Shown in pieces: positions 1-8,948 of a DNA stretch of 64,000 nucleotides (the stretch's first letter is position 1; the number at the start of each line of letters is the position of its first letter). Source of the stretch: Phycisphaerales bacterium (GTDB lineage: Bacteria > Planctomycetota > Phycisphaerae > Phycisphaerales > UBA1924); contig JAJDDJ010000002.1 of the NCBI GenBank assembly GCA_029260395.1, positions 145,155-209,154 on the forward strand, read 5' to 3'. A model generated the notes under the pieces. It worked only from the letters and a program-made list of their open reading frames with translations, did not search any database and had not been told where the DNA came from. The translations under genes were made by a program, and so were the position numbers.

Positions 1-53
1 CCCACGATTCACTGCTGCGTGCGCTCGGCGATTCCGCCAGTACCAACCGCTAA
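1..53 (+). CDS. 3' end of a gene truncated by the left window edge (...HDSLLRALGDSASTNR*); product not identifiable
   Basis: Frame 3 is open from the window edge to TAA at 51-53, with G/C-rich third positions. It lies 60 nt upstream of flgE, so it may be another hook/rod gene. Confidence 0.25.
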   Translation, partial: HDSLLRALGDSASTNR

Positions 54-112
54 CAGACGTACTCCCTGCACGCCCAAGAGCGTGCGTGATGCCATCCGTA
101 AGGACTTTCGCC

Positions 113-1867
113 ATGGCTTCCACCGTCGCACTGCTCACCGGCCTGTCCGGGCTCAACGCCAATGCCCGCAGCATCGAAGTCATCGGCAACAACATCGCCA
201 ACTCTGGAACCACGGGCTTCAAGAGCACCAGGCTGGTTTTCAGCGATTCGCTCAAACGCACGTTCCGCGGCGGTACCGCGCCCTCGCCCGAGAGCGGCGG
301 TACCAACCCCAACCAGGTCGGTCTCGGCGTCAACGTAGCCAGCACCCAGCGCAACTTCAGCCAGGGAGCCGTGGCGCCGACCGGTGATGCTCGAGACATG
401 GCGATCGAGGGTGACGGGTTCTTTATCGTCGAACGCAACGGTGATCGGCACTACACCCGCGACGGCTCGTTCCGCCTCGATGAAGCCGGCAATCTCGTCA
501 CCTCAGCTGGCCAGATTCTCCAAGGTTTCGGCGTGGACGACGACTACAACGTGATCGAGGGCGCACTGCGGGGAATCTCGGTACCCATCGGCGCAAGATC
601 GGTAGCCGAGCAGACTTCGCAGGTGCGGTTTGCGGGCAACCTGAACGCTGCGGGCGCGTTGCCCGGTGGCGGCAGCGTGTTCAACATCAGCTCGACGACC
701 ACAGCTGGATTCTCGCTGATCGCGGGAGCCACCGTTCCGGCGGGCGCTGGCAACCTGCTTGAGACCACCAGCTTGCTCACGGAGATCGAAGACCCGTTGC
801 AGGTCGGTTCGGGGGTTTCGCTCTTCACCCTTGGGCAGATCATCGAGGTTGACGGGATCCAGCGAAATGGCGCAACGCTGCCCACCCAGCGCCTTACGAT
901 CGATGCCACAACCACCGTGCAGGACTACCTCGACCTGCTCTCGTCGGCGATGGCCGTGCTGGGTTCAGGGCCGAACCCTGACGGGCTCACGCCGGGTGTC
1001 ACGCTCGATCCAGCCACAGGCATCATCCAGGCGGTGGGGCACACGGGCGATGTCAACGACCTCGACTTCCCGGGAAGCGCGGTTCGCCTGCTCAACGCCG
1101 ACGGCACACTCAACCGTCTGCCGTTCGCCACATCCGAACTCAGCGAGGCCACGGGCGAGAGCAAACGCACTACGTTTGTGGTGTTCGATTCTCTGGGCTC
1201 GCCGCTGGAGGTCAACCTGACTTTCACGCTCGAAGCTAAGACCAACACAGGCACCACGTGGCGGTACTTCGTCGATTCGCCCGACGATCTCGACGGCTCG
1301 GCGGCCATCACCACCGGAACCGTCGAGTTCGATACGTTCGGATCGCTCATCACCGCTGGGCCTATCGGTGTGCAGCTTGACCGTTCGAACACCGGCGCGC
1401 TGTCGCCCATGGCGTTCAGCATCAACCTCGGCGACGACAACGACCAGGTGACATCGCTCGCCGATGCCGAGTCCGAGCTTGCGGCGGTATTCCGTGACGG
1501 CCGGGAGAGCGGCACGCTTGACAGCTTCGCGGTGGGTCGTGATGGAACGGTCATCGGTACGTTCAGCAACGGTCTGTTCCGGCCACTCGGCCGGGTAGCA
1601 GTCGCCACCTTTACGAACCCCGCTGGTATGGAAGACCTCGGCTCCAATCTATTCCGTCCCAGCGCCAACTCGGGTGATGCGGTCGTCGTCAGCCCGACCA
1701 CATTCGGTTCGGGCGGCGTGATCGGTGGGGCGCTCGAACAGAGCAATGTCGATCTCGGCGGCGAGTTCATCAACCTGATCGTGTCCAGCACCGGCTATTC
1801 CGCGTCCAGCCGGGTGATCCAGACCGCCGATCAGCTTCTGCAAGAACTGCTCAGCATCGCGCGCTGA
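113..1867 (+). CDS. flgE: flagellar hook protein FlgE
   Basis: N-terminal rod/hook motif LSGLNANARSIEVIGNNIANSGTTGFKS and C-terminal GGALEQSNVDLGGEFINLIVSSTGYSASSRVIQTADQLLQELL. Start moved from ORF-track 86 to ATG 113, which has AAGGA just upstream. Confidence 0.9.
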   Translation: MASTVALLTGLSGLNANARSIEVIGNNIANSGTTGFKSTRLVFSDSLKRTFRGGTAPSPESGGTNPNQVGLGVNVASTQRNFSQGAVAPTGDARDMAIEGDGFFIVERNGDRHYTRDGSFRLDEAGNLVTSAGQILQGFGVDDDYNVIEGALRGISVPIGARSVAEQTSQVRFAGNLNAAGALPGGGSVFNISSTTTAGFSLIAGATVPAGAGNLLETTSLLTEIEDPLQVGSGVSLFTLGQIIEVDGIQRNGATLPTQRLTIDATTTVQDYLDLLSSAMAVLGSGPNPDGLTPGVTLDPATGIIQAVGHTGDVNDLDFPGSAVRLLNADGTLNRLPFATSELSEATGESKRTTFVVFDSLGSPLEVNLTFTLEAKTNTGTTWRYFVDSPDDLDGSAAITTGTVEFDTFGSLITAGPIGVQLDRSNTGALSPMAFSINLGDDNDQVTSLADAESELAAVFRDGRESGTLDSFAVGRDGTVIGTFSNGLFRPLGRVAVATFTNPAGMEDLGSNLFRPSANSGDAVVVSPTTFGSGGVIGGALEQSNVDLGGEFINLIVSSTGYSASSRVIQTADQLLQELLSIAR

Positions 1868-1899
1868 TGCAAATCGTGCTTGAGTTGAGCCGGCTCCCA

Positions 1900-1907
1900 G
1901 CCGATAA
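1900..1907 (+). promoter_or_regulatory. possible sigma-28 (FliA)-type -10 element GCCGATAA upstream of flbD-motAB
   Basis: Perfect match to the enterobacterial sigma-28 -10 octamer, 22 nt upstream of the flbD ATG in the flgE-flbD spacer. No convincing TAAA -35 at the expected spacing. The same octamer also occurs elsewhere in the window (see rejected list). Confidence 0.25.
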
Positions 1908-1928
1908 CCGCTGCGGAAGGCTCCGAGC

Positions 1929-2126
1929 ATGATCTCTCTCACACGACTCAACGGCAGGCCCTTCGTGCTCAACGCCGAGCACATCCGCACCGTCGAGGAG
2001 AACCCCGACACCGTCATCACGCTCACTTCCGGCGAGCACCTGCTCGTCCGAGAATCCACGCGTGAGGTGATCGATCGGGTCGTGGAGTACGGAAGAACGC
2101 TCCGCAGGCTGCTGCCCCCGTCGTAA
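1929..2126 (+). CDS. flbD: flagellar FlbD family protein
   Basis: 65 aa. MISLTRLNGRPFVLNAEHIRTVEENPDTVITLTSGEHLLVRES fits the FlbD pattern. Sits directly upstream of motA. Confidence 0.75.
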   Translation: MISLTRLNGRPFVLNAEHIRTVEENPDTVITLTSGEHLLVRESTREVIDRVVEYGRTLRRLLPPS

Positions 2127-2256
2127 CAGACGGCACGGATCGCCCGGCGTCTGACCCCAGCCCGTCAAGCCCGTACGTCCTCGAACCGATGCTTCCATGG
2201 GACAGTCCGCCCGCGTAGCGGCGGGCGATTCTTGGTGAAGCGAGGGGTGCGCACCC

Positions 2257-3033
2257 GTGGACATCGGAACGATCATCGGCGTCGTGCTCGCGGTGGCAGC
2301 GGTCATCTTGGGCATTGTCCTCGGCGGCGGCTCGATCGGCGCGATGATCGATGTCACATCGATCCTCGTTGTGGTCTGCGGGACCATCGGGGCGACCGTC
2401 ATCTCGTTCCCGCTGGCGCGGATGCTCAAGATCCACACCATCGTCCTGAAGGCGTTGTTCACCAAACCATCGAACATGCCCGAGACAATCAAGGACCTTG
2501 TGCGGTACGCCGAGGTCGCACGCCGCGAGGGCATCCTGAGTCTTGAGAACGTCATCGCCGACATGAAGGATCCGTTCATTGTGCGCGGCATCAAGATGGC
2601 CGTCGACGGCACGGACCCTGAACTGATCCGCACCATCATGGAAACCGAGCTTGAATCGCTCATGGATCGTCACACCAACGCCAAGCTGATACTCGACACC
2701 ATCGGGAAGTACGCGCCAGCCTACGGCATGATCGGGACCCTCATGGGCCTCATCTTCATGCTCAAGAACATGGACGACCCGTCCACGATCGGCGGCGGCA
2801 TGGCGGTCGCGCTCATCACGACGCTCTACGGCGCGATGATCGCCAACATGTTCACCGGGCCTATCGCCGAGAAGCTCGCCGCTCGCGATGCCGAGGAAGT
2901 CCTCGCCAAGACCGTCATCATCGCGGGCGTGATGGCCATCCAGTCGGGCGATAACCCGCGCGTCGTCGAGAACAAGCTCCTCACATACCTCCCGCCGACC
3001 GAGCGGGCCGCCGTCTCCAGCGAAGCCGCCTAA
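2257..3033 (+). CDS. motA: flagellar stator protein MotA (MotA/TolQ/ExbB proton channel family)
   Basis: Four predicted TM segments and the conserved C-terminal channel region YGMIGTLMGLIFML...ALITTLYGAMIANMF. Followed by motB. Confidence 0.9.
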   Translation: MDIGTIIGVVLAVAAVILGIVLGGGSIGAMIDVTSILVVVCGTIGATVISFPLARMLKIHTIVLKALFTKPSNMPETIKDLVRYAEVARREGILSLENVIADMKDPFIVRGIKMAVDGTDPELIRTIMETELESLMDRHTNAKLILDTIGKYAPAYGMIGTLMGLIFMLKNMDDPSTIGGGMAVALITTLYGAMIANMFTGPIAEKLAARDAEEVLAKTVIIAGVMAIQSGDNPRVVENKLLTYLPPTERAAVSSEAA

Positions 3034-3042
3034 GGAGCACCC

Positions 3043-3789
3043 ATGGCAAAGAAAAAGCCACCCAAGGGTTCAGACATCCCCGAGTGGGTGCTCACCTATG
3101 GCGACCTCATGTCGCTGTTGCTGTGTTTCTTCATCCTGCTCGCGGCCTTCAGCGAGCTGAAGCAGCCGCGGGAGTACCAGCGGATCATGGACGCCATCAA
3201 GGAAGCGATGGGTGCCACGGGTAACCCCGGCACGATCGACATCTCCGATATCGTCAACACATCGACTCCCAATCCCCACGACGACTTCCGACCCCGCGCT
3301 GATCCCCACATGCGGAGCGCCAAAACCGACGAAAACAACGTCGAAGGCCGGCACTCCAAGGTCGCGATGGTCCACGAGAACGAGCGGCAGGTTATCGGCG
3401 GGGCCTTGCCCTTTGAGCCGGGCGACTCGGAGCTTTCGGCGGAACTCAAACGCCGGCTCGCCAACGACGTCGCCCCCAAGATAAAGGGACTCAGCAGACG
3501 GGTCATCGTTCGTGGGCATTCATGGGGTGTTACGGACACCGCGCCAGACGGCGACCCTGACACGCTGAGCTTCCAGCGTGCAAAGCAAGTCAAACGGTAT
3601 CTCATCGACGAATGCGGCGTCAATCCGCTCACCGTTTCCATCGAAGTCGTGGGGGCATCCGAGCCGCTTAGCGTCCCGACGACCGACATCGAGAACGCGC
3701 CGGCTAACCGCAGGGTCGAGGTGTTCCTCACGGATGTCATGATCGACGAATTGCACCCCGACCCGAATTTCACCGGCAGGAACCGCTGA
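3043..3789 (+). CDS. motB: flagellar stator protein MotB (OmpA-like peptidoglycan-binding C-terminus)
   Basis: N-terminal TM segment with the conserved Asp (WVLTYGDLMSLLLCFFILL). C-terminal OmpA-type motif ...NAPANRRVEVF. Confidence 0.9.
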   Translation: MAKKKPPKGSDIPEWVLTYGDLMSLLLCFFILLAAFSELKQPREYQRIMDAIKEAMGATGNPGTIDISDIVNTSTPNPHDDFRPRADPHMRSAKTDENNVEGRHSKVAMVHENERQVIGGALPFEPGDSELSAELKRRLANDVAPKIKGLSRRVIVRGHSWGVTDTAPDGDPDTLSFQRAKQVKRYLIDECGVNPLTVSIEVVGASEPLSVPTTDIENAPANRRVEVFLTDVMIDELHPDPNFTGRNR

Positions 3790-3804
3790 CGCAGGAGAGC
3801 ACCC

Positions 3805-4332
3805 ATGGCCGACGAAGCCGCCGACAAGCAAGCAGAATCAATCGATAGCGCGGGTAAGCCCTCCAAGAAGATCCTGTTGGTCGTCGGCGCGATCATGGCG
3901 CTCGAGGGAGCCGCCGTGGTCGGCTTCATGATGTTCACCGGCGGGCCGTCCAACGCGAACGCCGCCGCCATCCAGGGCGAGGACCTGGCCCAGCGCGAGC
4001 AGCTCGTCGAGATCGATCTCGTCCGTGATAAGTTTCAGAACATGCACGGCGAACGCATCTGGCTATGGGACACCGAGGTCAAGCTCAAGGTCCGCGAGAA
4101 GAACCGCGAGTGGGTCACGCAGCAGCTCGAGGACCGCCGGGGCGAGATCATCGAGGGCATCAGTCTGATTTTTCGCCGGGCCCAGCCCTCACACCTCAAG
4201 GAGCCGGGCCTCGAAACGCTCAATCGGCAGATCACCGCGTTGCTTGAGCAGATATTCGGCCCACATCCCGATGGCAGCCCGCGTTTCGAGCGTGTGCTGA
4301 TACCGAAGTGCCTTGGTTTCCCGTCCAACTGA
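3805..4332 (+). CDS. fliL: flagellar basal-body-associated protein FliL (probable)
   Basis: Single N-terminal TM segment (ILLVVGAIMALEGAAVVGFMMF) followed by a about 120-aa periplasmic domain. Occupies the canonical position after motB and before the switch gene. Confidence 0.6.
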   Translation: MADEAADKQAESIDSAGKPSKKILLVVGAIMALEGAAVVGFMMFTGGPSNANAAAIQGEDLAQREQLVEIDLVRDKFQNMHGERIWLWDTEVKLKVREKNREWVTQQLEDRRGEIIEGISLIFRRAQPSHLKEPGLETLNRQITALLEQIFGPHPDGSPRFERVLIPKCLGFPSN

Positions 4333-4526
4333 GGCGGGGCTGACGCACTCCATCAACACCGAATCTGAACGCAGGGTCTCAAGAATCGCCGTTATCCAGC
4401 AGGCGATTCCTGCGCGTCGGTTCTTGCCGGTTCGGCAATTCTGGCGGATGGGCCGCCGACGCGCCGATGACCGCTCTTGCGCCGGCGGAGTCCGGCCGAC
4501 CTCCTCGAACGCCGGACGGAGTCCAC

Positions 4527-4976
4527 ATGGCCACCGAAGACGACACCACCCAGCCAACACCTCAAGACCCAGCTAGCCCCGCCGGCTCTCAGGATCAGCC
4601 CTCCGAAGCCGTCGCTGGCGATGAGGCCCGGGCTCCTGATATCGCTGCCACTGAGGGCGATGCCCAGGCCATCACGCTGCCCTCATTCGATGAGGTTGAG
4701 CCGGGCGACGACAGGCCTGCAGGCCTGGACCTGCTCAGCGACGTCAACCTCAACGTCAAGATCGAGCTTGGCCGAACCCGCATGCTGGTTGAGGACGTGC
4801 TGCGCCTCAAAGAGGGCGGCGTCGTGGAACTCGAAAAGCTCGCTGGCGATCCCGTCGACATCTACGTCAACGACCGCCCCGTCGCCCGCGGCGAGGTGCT
4901 TGTGCTCAACGACAATTTCTGCGTGCGCATCAGCGAGATTCTCGACACCGAGAAGGCGGGCAAACGGCCCGCGTAG
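4527..4976 (+). CDS. fliN: flagellar motor switch protein FliN (SpoA domain) with acidic/Pro-rich N-terminal region
   Basis: C-terminus [64 protein letters not shown] is a typical FliN/FliY SpoA domain. ATG 4527 is preceded by GGACGGAG. Confidence 0.85.
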   Translation: MATEDDTTQPTPQDPASPAGSQDQPSEAVAGDEARAPDIAATEGDAQAITLPSFDEVEPGDDRPAGLDLLSDVNLNVKIELGRTRMLVEDVLRLKEGGVVELEKLAGDPVDIYVNDRPVARGEVLVLNDNFCVRISEILDTEKAGKRPA

Positions 4977-5034
4977 CGCAGCGTGGCCGCGATGATCGCG
5001 GCGTGTGGACTGATTCATCGCAGCGGCGGAGCCG

Positions 5035-5760
5035 TTGGAGGATCGCGTGAGACTTTGCCCCTGGGCCATCTTGATCTTCCTCGCCTGTCCCGTCGCCGCT
5101 CTCGGCCAAGGACTCGGCCCGGCGCTCCCGATCGGTGAATCTACTTCGATTCAACCACAGGCGCTCAGCGCCGAAGCTGCTCCAACAGCCGCCAGCCAAG
5201 GCGCGCTGGCCGAAGCCGTCTCGGCTGGTGACAAGCCGCTGGGCGTGCCCAGGCCCGCCCACGAGCAGCGGTCGCTCGCCACGGATATAACAGACGGCAA
5301 AGCCAACTCCGTCGGCTGGTTCCGCGTGCTGGCAGCCCTCGCGGGCACCGTGCTCGTCGCGTTCGGTGCGGCGGCCGCAGCCCGTAAGCTCAGCGGCGGA
5401 CGCATCGGCTTTGCCTCCACCGCTCGTGCGCCTTCGGGATTGGTTGAGGTGCTCGCCCGCTACCCCATCGCGCCGCGTCAGCACTTGCTCGTGCTCAAAC
5501 TCGACCGCCGGGTGCTCGTGCTCTCGCAGAGCGCCGGTGGACGCGGCCAAGCGTCGGGCCTGAGCACGCTCACCGAGATCACCGACCCCGAAGAGGTCGC
5601 CTCGATCCTGCTCAAAACCCGCGACGACGAGGGCGACTCGATCGCTGCCAAATTTCGCGATGCCATGGACCGCCAGCAGTCCGTGCACGAGGCCTTCGCC
5701 ACCGACGAGTCCGACACGATCGAACCCCAGCGGCTCGGCCGGCTCTCGGAGATCGCGTGA
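5035..5760 (+). CDS. fliO: flagellar biosynthesis protein FliO (long form; start uncertain, GTG 5047 also possible)
   Basis: TM segment VGWFRVLAALAGTVLVAFGAAAAA followed by LEVLARYPIAPRQHLLVLKLDRRVLVLSQS, the usual FliO core. Sits directly before fliP, and its stop overlaps the fliP start. Confidence 0.55.
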   Translation: MEDRVRLCPWAILIFLACPVAALGQGLGPALPIGESTSIQPQALSAEAAPTAASQGALAEAVSAGDKPLGVPRPAHEQRSLATDITDGKANSVGWFRVLAALAGTVLVAFGAAAAARKLSGGRIGFASTARAPSGLVEVLARYPIAPRQHLLVLKLDRRVLVLSQSAGGRGQASGLSTLTEITDPEEVASILLKTRDDEGDSIAAKFRDAMDRQQSVHEAFATDESDTIEPQRLGRLSEIA

Positions 5761-6725
5761 TCAAGCTCGCCGCACTCGTCATCGCCATGCTGATCGCGAT
5801 GCCCGCGATAGGCCAGTCGGTCTATGGCCCCGAGCCGCAAGACCCCAACGACCGGCCATCCGTCGTGCTTGCACCACCGACCATGTCGAGCGGGCTCAAT
5901 CCGGTCGAAGTCCTTCAACGCGCGGGCCAGTCGCTTCCGGGCTCCGACGAATCGGGCGGCATCTCGGCAGCCATGAGCGTCATGCTCGTGCTGACGGTCA
6001 TCACGCTGGTGCCCTCGATCATGCTGATGGCCACGAGCTTCATGCGCATCATGATCGTCCTTGGTTTGCTGCGCCAGGCGATGGGAGCCGCGGGCCTGCC
6101 GCCTTCGCAAGTGCTCTCCGCGCTGGCGCTGTTTATGACCATGACGGTGATGGCCCCAACCGCCGAGCGCGTCTGGAACGAGGCCGTGGTGCCTTATCAG
6201 CAAGGCGAGATCACCGACTACGACCAGCTCTGGGCCACCGGCTCCCAGCCCATGCGTGATTTCATGTTCGCCCAGCTCGAGGCTACCGGCAACTGGTCGA
6301 GCCTCTACATGCTCCTCGAATACCGCGGCGTCGACATCTCCGCGCCCGAGAACCTCACCCGCGCGCAGGTAAGCACGCCCACGCTCGTCACCGCGTTCAT
6401 GCTCAGCGAACTCAAGACCGCGTTCTTGATGGGCTTCAAGGTCTACCTGCCGTTTCTGGTGATCGACATGGTCATCGCGAGCATCCTGATCTCGATGAGC
6501 ATGATGATGCTCCCGCCCGTGCTCATCAGCCTGCCCTTCAAGCTGCTGCTCTTCGTGCTCGTCGATGGCTGGACGCTCGTCGTCGGCGGCCTGCTCTACA
6601 GCTTCTCGCCTGACCTGGCTGATGCAACCGTCGCGATCGAGCACGCCGTCCGTCCGGTGATCTCAGGGTTCGTTTGCGAGGCATCGGCCACGGGCACTCT
6701 CATGCAAGGGATGGCCGCCGCATGA
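5757..6725 (+). CDS. fliP: flagellar type III export apparatus protein FliP
   Basis: Conserved MLVLTVITLVPSIMLMATSFMRIMIVLGLLRQAMG and FMLSELKTAFLMGFKVYLPFLVIDMVIASILISMSMMMLPP. GTG start overlaps the fliO stop. Confidence 0.9.
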   Translation: MIKLAALVIAMLIAMPAIGQSVYGPEPQDPNDRPSVVLAPPTMSSGLNPVEVLQRAGQSLPGSDESGGISAAMSVMLVLTVITLVPSIMLMATSFMRIMIVLGLLRQAMGAAGLPPSQVLSALALFMTMTVMAPTAERVWNEAVVPYQQGEITDYDQLWATGSQPMRDFMFAQLEATGNWSSLYMLLEYRGVDISAPENLTRAQVSTPTLVTAFMLSELKTAFLMGFKVYLPFLVIDMVIASILISMSMMMLPPVLISLPFKLLLFVLVDGWTLVVGGLLYSFSPDLADATVAIEHAVRPVISGFVCEASATGTLMQGMAAA

Positions 6726-6982
6726 ACTACGACGAAGCACAGGTCCTTCTGGTACGCGAGACCATGATCATCGCGCTCAAGATCGCAAGCCCGATCCTGC
6801 TGGCGGGCGTGGTCGTGGGGCTCATCATCAGCCTCTTGCAATCGGTCACGAGCATCCAGGACCAGACCCTGAGCTTTGTGCCCAAGATCGCCGCGATGAT
6901 GCTCGTCGCAGCCCTGCTCATCCCGTGGATCGTCATCAAGCTCATCGACTACTCGGTCGAGCTGTTCTCACTCGGCGCATAG
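6722..6982 (+). CDS. fliQ: flagellar export apparatus protein FliQ
   Basis: 86 aa with two TM segments. ...ALKIASPILLAGVVVGLIISLLQSVTSIQDQTLSFVPKI... is typical FliQ. ATG 6722 overlaps the fliP stop (ATGA). Confidence 0.9.
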   Translation: MNYDEAQVLLVRETMIIALKIASPILLAGVVVGLIISLLQSVTSIQDQTLSFVPKIAAMMLVAALLIPWIVIKLIDYSVELFSLGA

Positions 6983-6988
6983 GAGCGG

Positions 6989-7810
6989 TTGTTGAACGGG
7001 CTCGAAAGCCAACTCGACCGCGTGGTGCCGATGCTGCTCGTGCTGTTCCGCATAAGCGGGCTGTTTCTTGCGGTCCCGATGCTCAGCAGCATCAGCGTTC
7101 CGTTTCAAGCCAAGGCATTGGGTGCGCTGATCGCCACCGCTGCGATCTTCCCGTCGGTCGAAGCGTTCGCGCCCGCAGCGCCCGAGGCCTTCACATTGCT
7201 GGGCCTGGTGCCGATGGTCACCGCGGAACTGGCCATCGGATTCGTGCTTGGCGTGCTCGCGTCGCTGCCCGTGATCGCGATGCAGGCCGGCGGGCATGTC
7301 ATGGGCTTTCAGATGGGCTTGTCCATCGCTTCGGTTTACAACCCCGAGCTCGACGCTCAATCCGACCTCGTGGGCGAGCTCATGTACATCGTCGGCGTCG
7401 GCCTGTTCGCCCTGCTCGGCGGTTTCGATGTGCTGCTACTCGCGATCTTTGGCAGCTTCGAGCGCGTCCCGCTGGGCACGCTGGGCGTGCTCGGTGTCGG
7501 TGCCCCGCTCGAGGTGTACCTGGGCGTGCTCACCTCGGGCTTTGAACTGGCGCTTCGCGTCTCGACTCCGGTGACCGCGACCAGCATGCTGCTGCTGCTC
7601 GCGATGGGCTTCGTGATGAAGACCATGCCGCAAATCAACATCCTCACCGTTGGCTTTGCGATGAAGATCATGGTCGGCCTCGCCGCCATCATCGCGGGCC
7701 TGCTCATCATCACCGACGCCGGACACGAGCACACTGTCGAAGCGTTCGACGCGCTGCTCGGCTGGGTCGAGTCGCTCTCCATCCCGGCAGGAGGCACCCG
7801 TGGCCTCTGA
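6989..7810 (+). CDS. fliR: flagellar export apparatus protein FliR
   Basis: Polytopic membrane protein in the fliPQR-flhB position. FRISGLFLAVPML and GFQMGLSIASVYNP motifs. TTG start. Confidence 0.85.
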   Translation: MLNGLESQLDRVVPMLLVLFRISGLFLAVPMLSSISVPFQAKALGALIATAAIFPSVEAFAPAAPEAFTLLGLVPMVTAELAIGFVLGVLASLPVIAMQAGGHVMGFQMGLSIASVYNPELDAQSDLVGELMYIVGVGLFALLGGFDVLLLAIFGSFERVPLGTLGVLGVGAPLEVYLGVLTSGFELALRVSTPVTATSMLLLLAMGFVMKTMPQINILTVGFAMKIMVGLAAIIAGLLIITDAGHEHTVEAFDALLGWVESLSIPAGGTRGL

Positions 7811-8924
7811 CGAGATGGGCGAGAAAACCGAAGACCCAACCTCCAAGCGGCTCAACGAGGCCCGCGACCGAGGCCAGGTCGCCAAGAGCCAGGACCTGTC
7901 GGCGGCGCTCATCCTGCTCGCCGCGGTCGCGATCTTCGCTGGGCTCGGACCGCTCATCGCCAAGCGCATGATGACCGTCACCCGCGGCGGGCTGGAGTCG
8001 TTCGCCTCCGCCGATGCCATCAATCTGCTGCTCGTCGAGGATCTCATCCGCGACATCGCCCGCAGCGCCCTGTTTGCCACGCTGCCGGTCATGGTGCTGA
8101 TGTTCATCGCCGCCGCGGCAGCGAACATCAGCCAGATCGGCTTGATGTTCTCGCCCAAAGCTCTCGAACTCAAGCTCGAACGCATCAGCCCGATCGCGGG
8201 CACCAAGCGGCTCTTTAGCAAACGGAGCCTCGTCAAAACCGGCATCAACCTCGTCAAGCTCGTGGTCATGGTCACCGTTAGTGTCCTGGTCCTCATCACC
8301 CAGGCCGAGCGCGTGCTGGGAATGCCCGGCCTGACCGTCCTCACCGGAATGCTCGAAACGCTCCGCCTGCTTGCTGAACTCGCGATCATCCTTGTGCTCC
8401 TGCTGCTCGTCATGGGCCTCATCGACCTGATCTACCAGAAGTGGCAGCACAAGCAGGACCTCCGCATGTCCAAGCACGAGGTCAAAGAGGAACGCAGGTC
8501 CATGGAAGGCGACCCGCAGATCAAGGGCAGGCGGGCCCGCATGATGCAAGAGATCGCCTCCCAACGCGCGCAGGCCGAGGTGCCCCGGGCGGATGTGATC
8601 GTCACCAACCCCACGCACTATTCCGTCGCTCTGCGCTACGACTCCGCCTCCATGCGAGCCCCGCGCGTCGTCGCCAAGGGCGTCGACCATCTTGCCCTTC
8701 GCATTCGGCTCATCGCGCGAACCCACGGCGTCGCCATCGTCGAGCGCCCGCCGCTGGCGCGCGGCCTGTACTTCGGTGTCGACGTTGGCCGAGAAGTGCC
8801 CGCCGAGTTCTACGAGGCCGTCGCCGAGGTGCTCGCGTTCGTCTACCGCGTCGAGCAAGACGCAGATCGAGCCGCCAAACAAGCCAACCAGCCCGTCCGC
8901 CCGCCCGTGGTCGGTGCCGCTTAA
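7800..8924 (+). CDS. flhB: flagellar export switch protein FlhB
   Basis: N-terminus EKTEDPTSKRLNEARDRGQVAKSQDL and the NPTH autocleavage site (VIVTNPTHYSVAL). Confidence 0.9.
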   Translation: MASDEMGEKTEDPTSKRLNEARDRGQVAKSQDLSAALILLAAVAIFAGLGPLIAKRMMTVTRGGLESFASADAINLLLVEDLIRDIARSALFATLPVMVLMFIAAAAANISQIGLMFSPKALELKLERISPIAGTKRLFSKRSLVKTGINLVKLVVMVTVSVLVLITQAERVLGMPGLTVLTGMLETLRLLAELAIILVLLLLVMGLIDLIYQKWQHKQDLRMSKHEVKEERRSMEGDPQIKGRRARMMQEIASQRAQAEVPRADVIVTNPTHYSVALRYDSASMRAPRVVAKGVDHLALRIRLIARTHGVAIVERPPLARGLYFGVDVGREVPAEFYEAVAEVLAFVYRVEQDADRAAKQANQPVRPPVVGAA

Positions 8925-8948
8925 GCGAACGAGAGGAACCCCTGAGCC

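Noticed and set aside
4333-4526. Degenerate fliM remnant in the fliL-fliN spacer
   Set aside because: 194 nt is far too short for fliM. The only ORF there (4313-4576) is Arg-rich and overlaps fliN out of frame.
5478-6644. 388-aa minus-strand His/Asp/Arg-rich ORF
   Set aside because: Antisense to fliO/fliP. Low-complexity composition and no motifs. The same reasoning applies to 7710-9005 (antisense to flhB/flhA), 7436-8422, 1851-2663, 3096-3971 and the many other shadow ORFs in the track.
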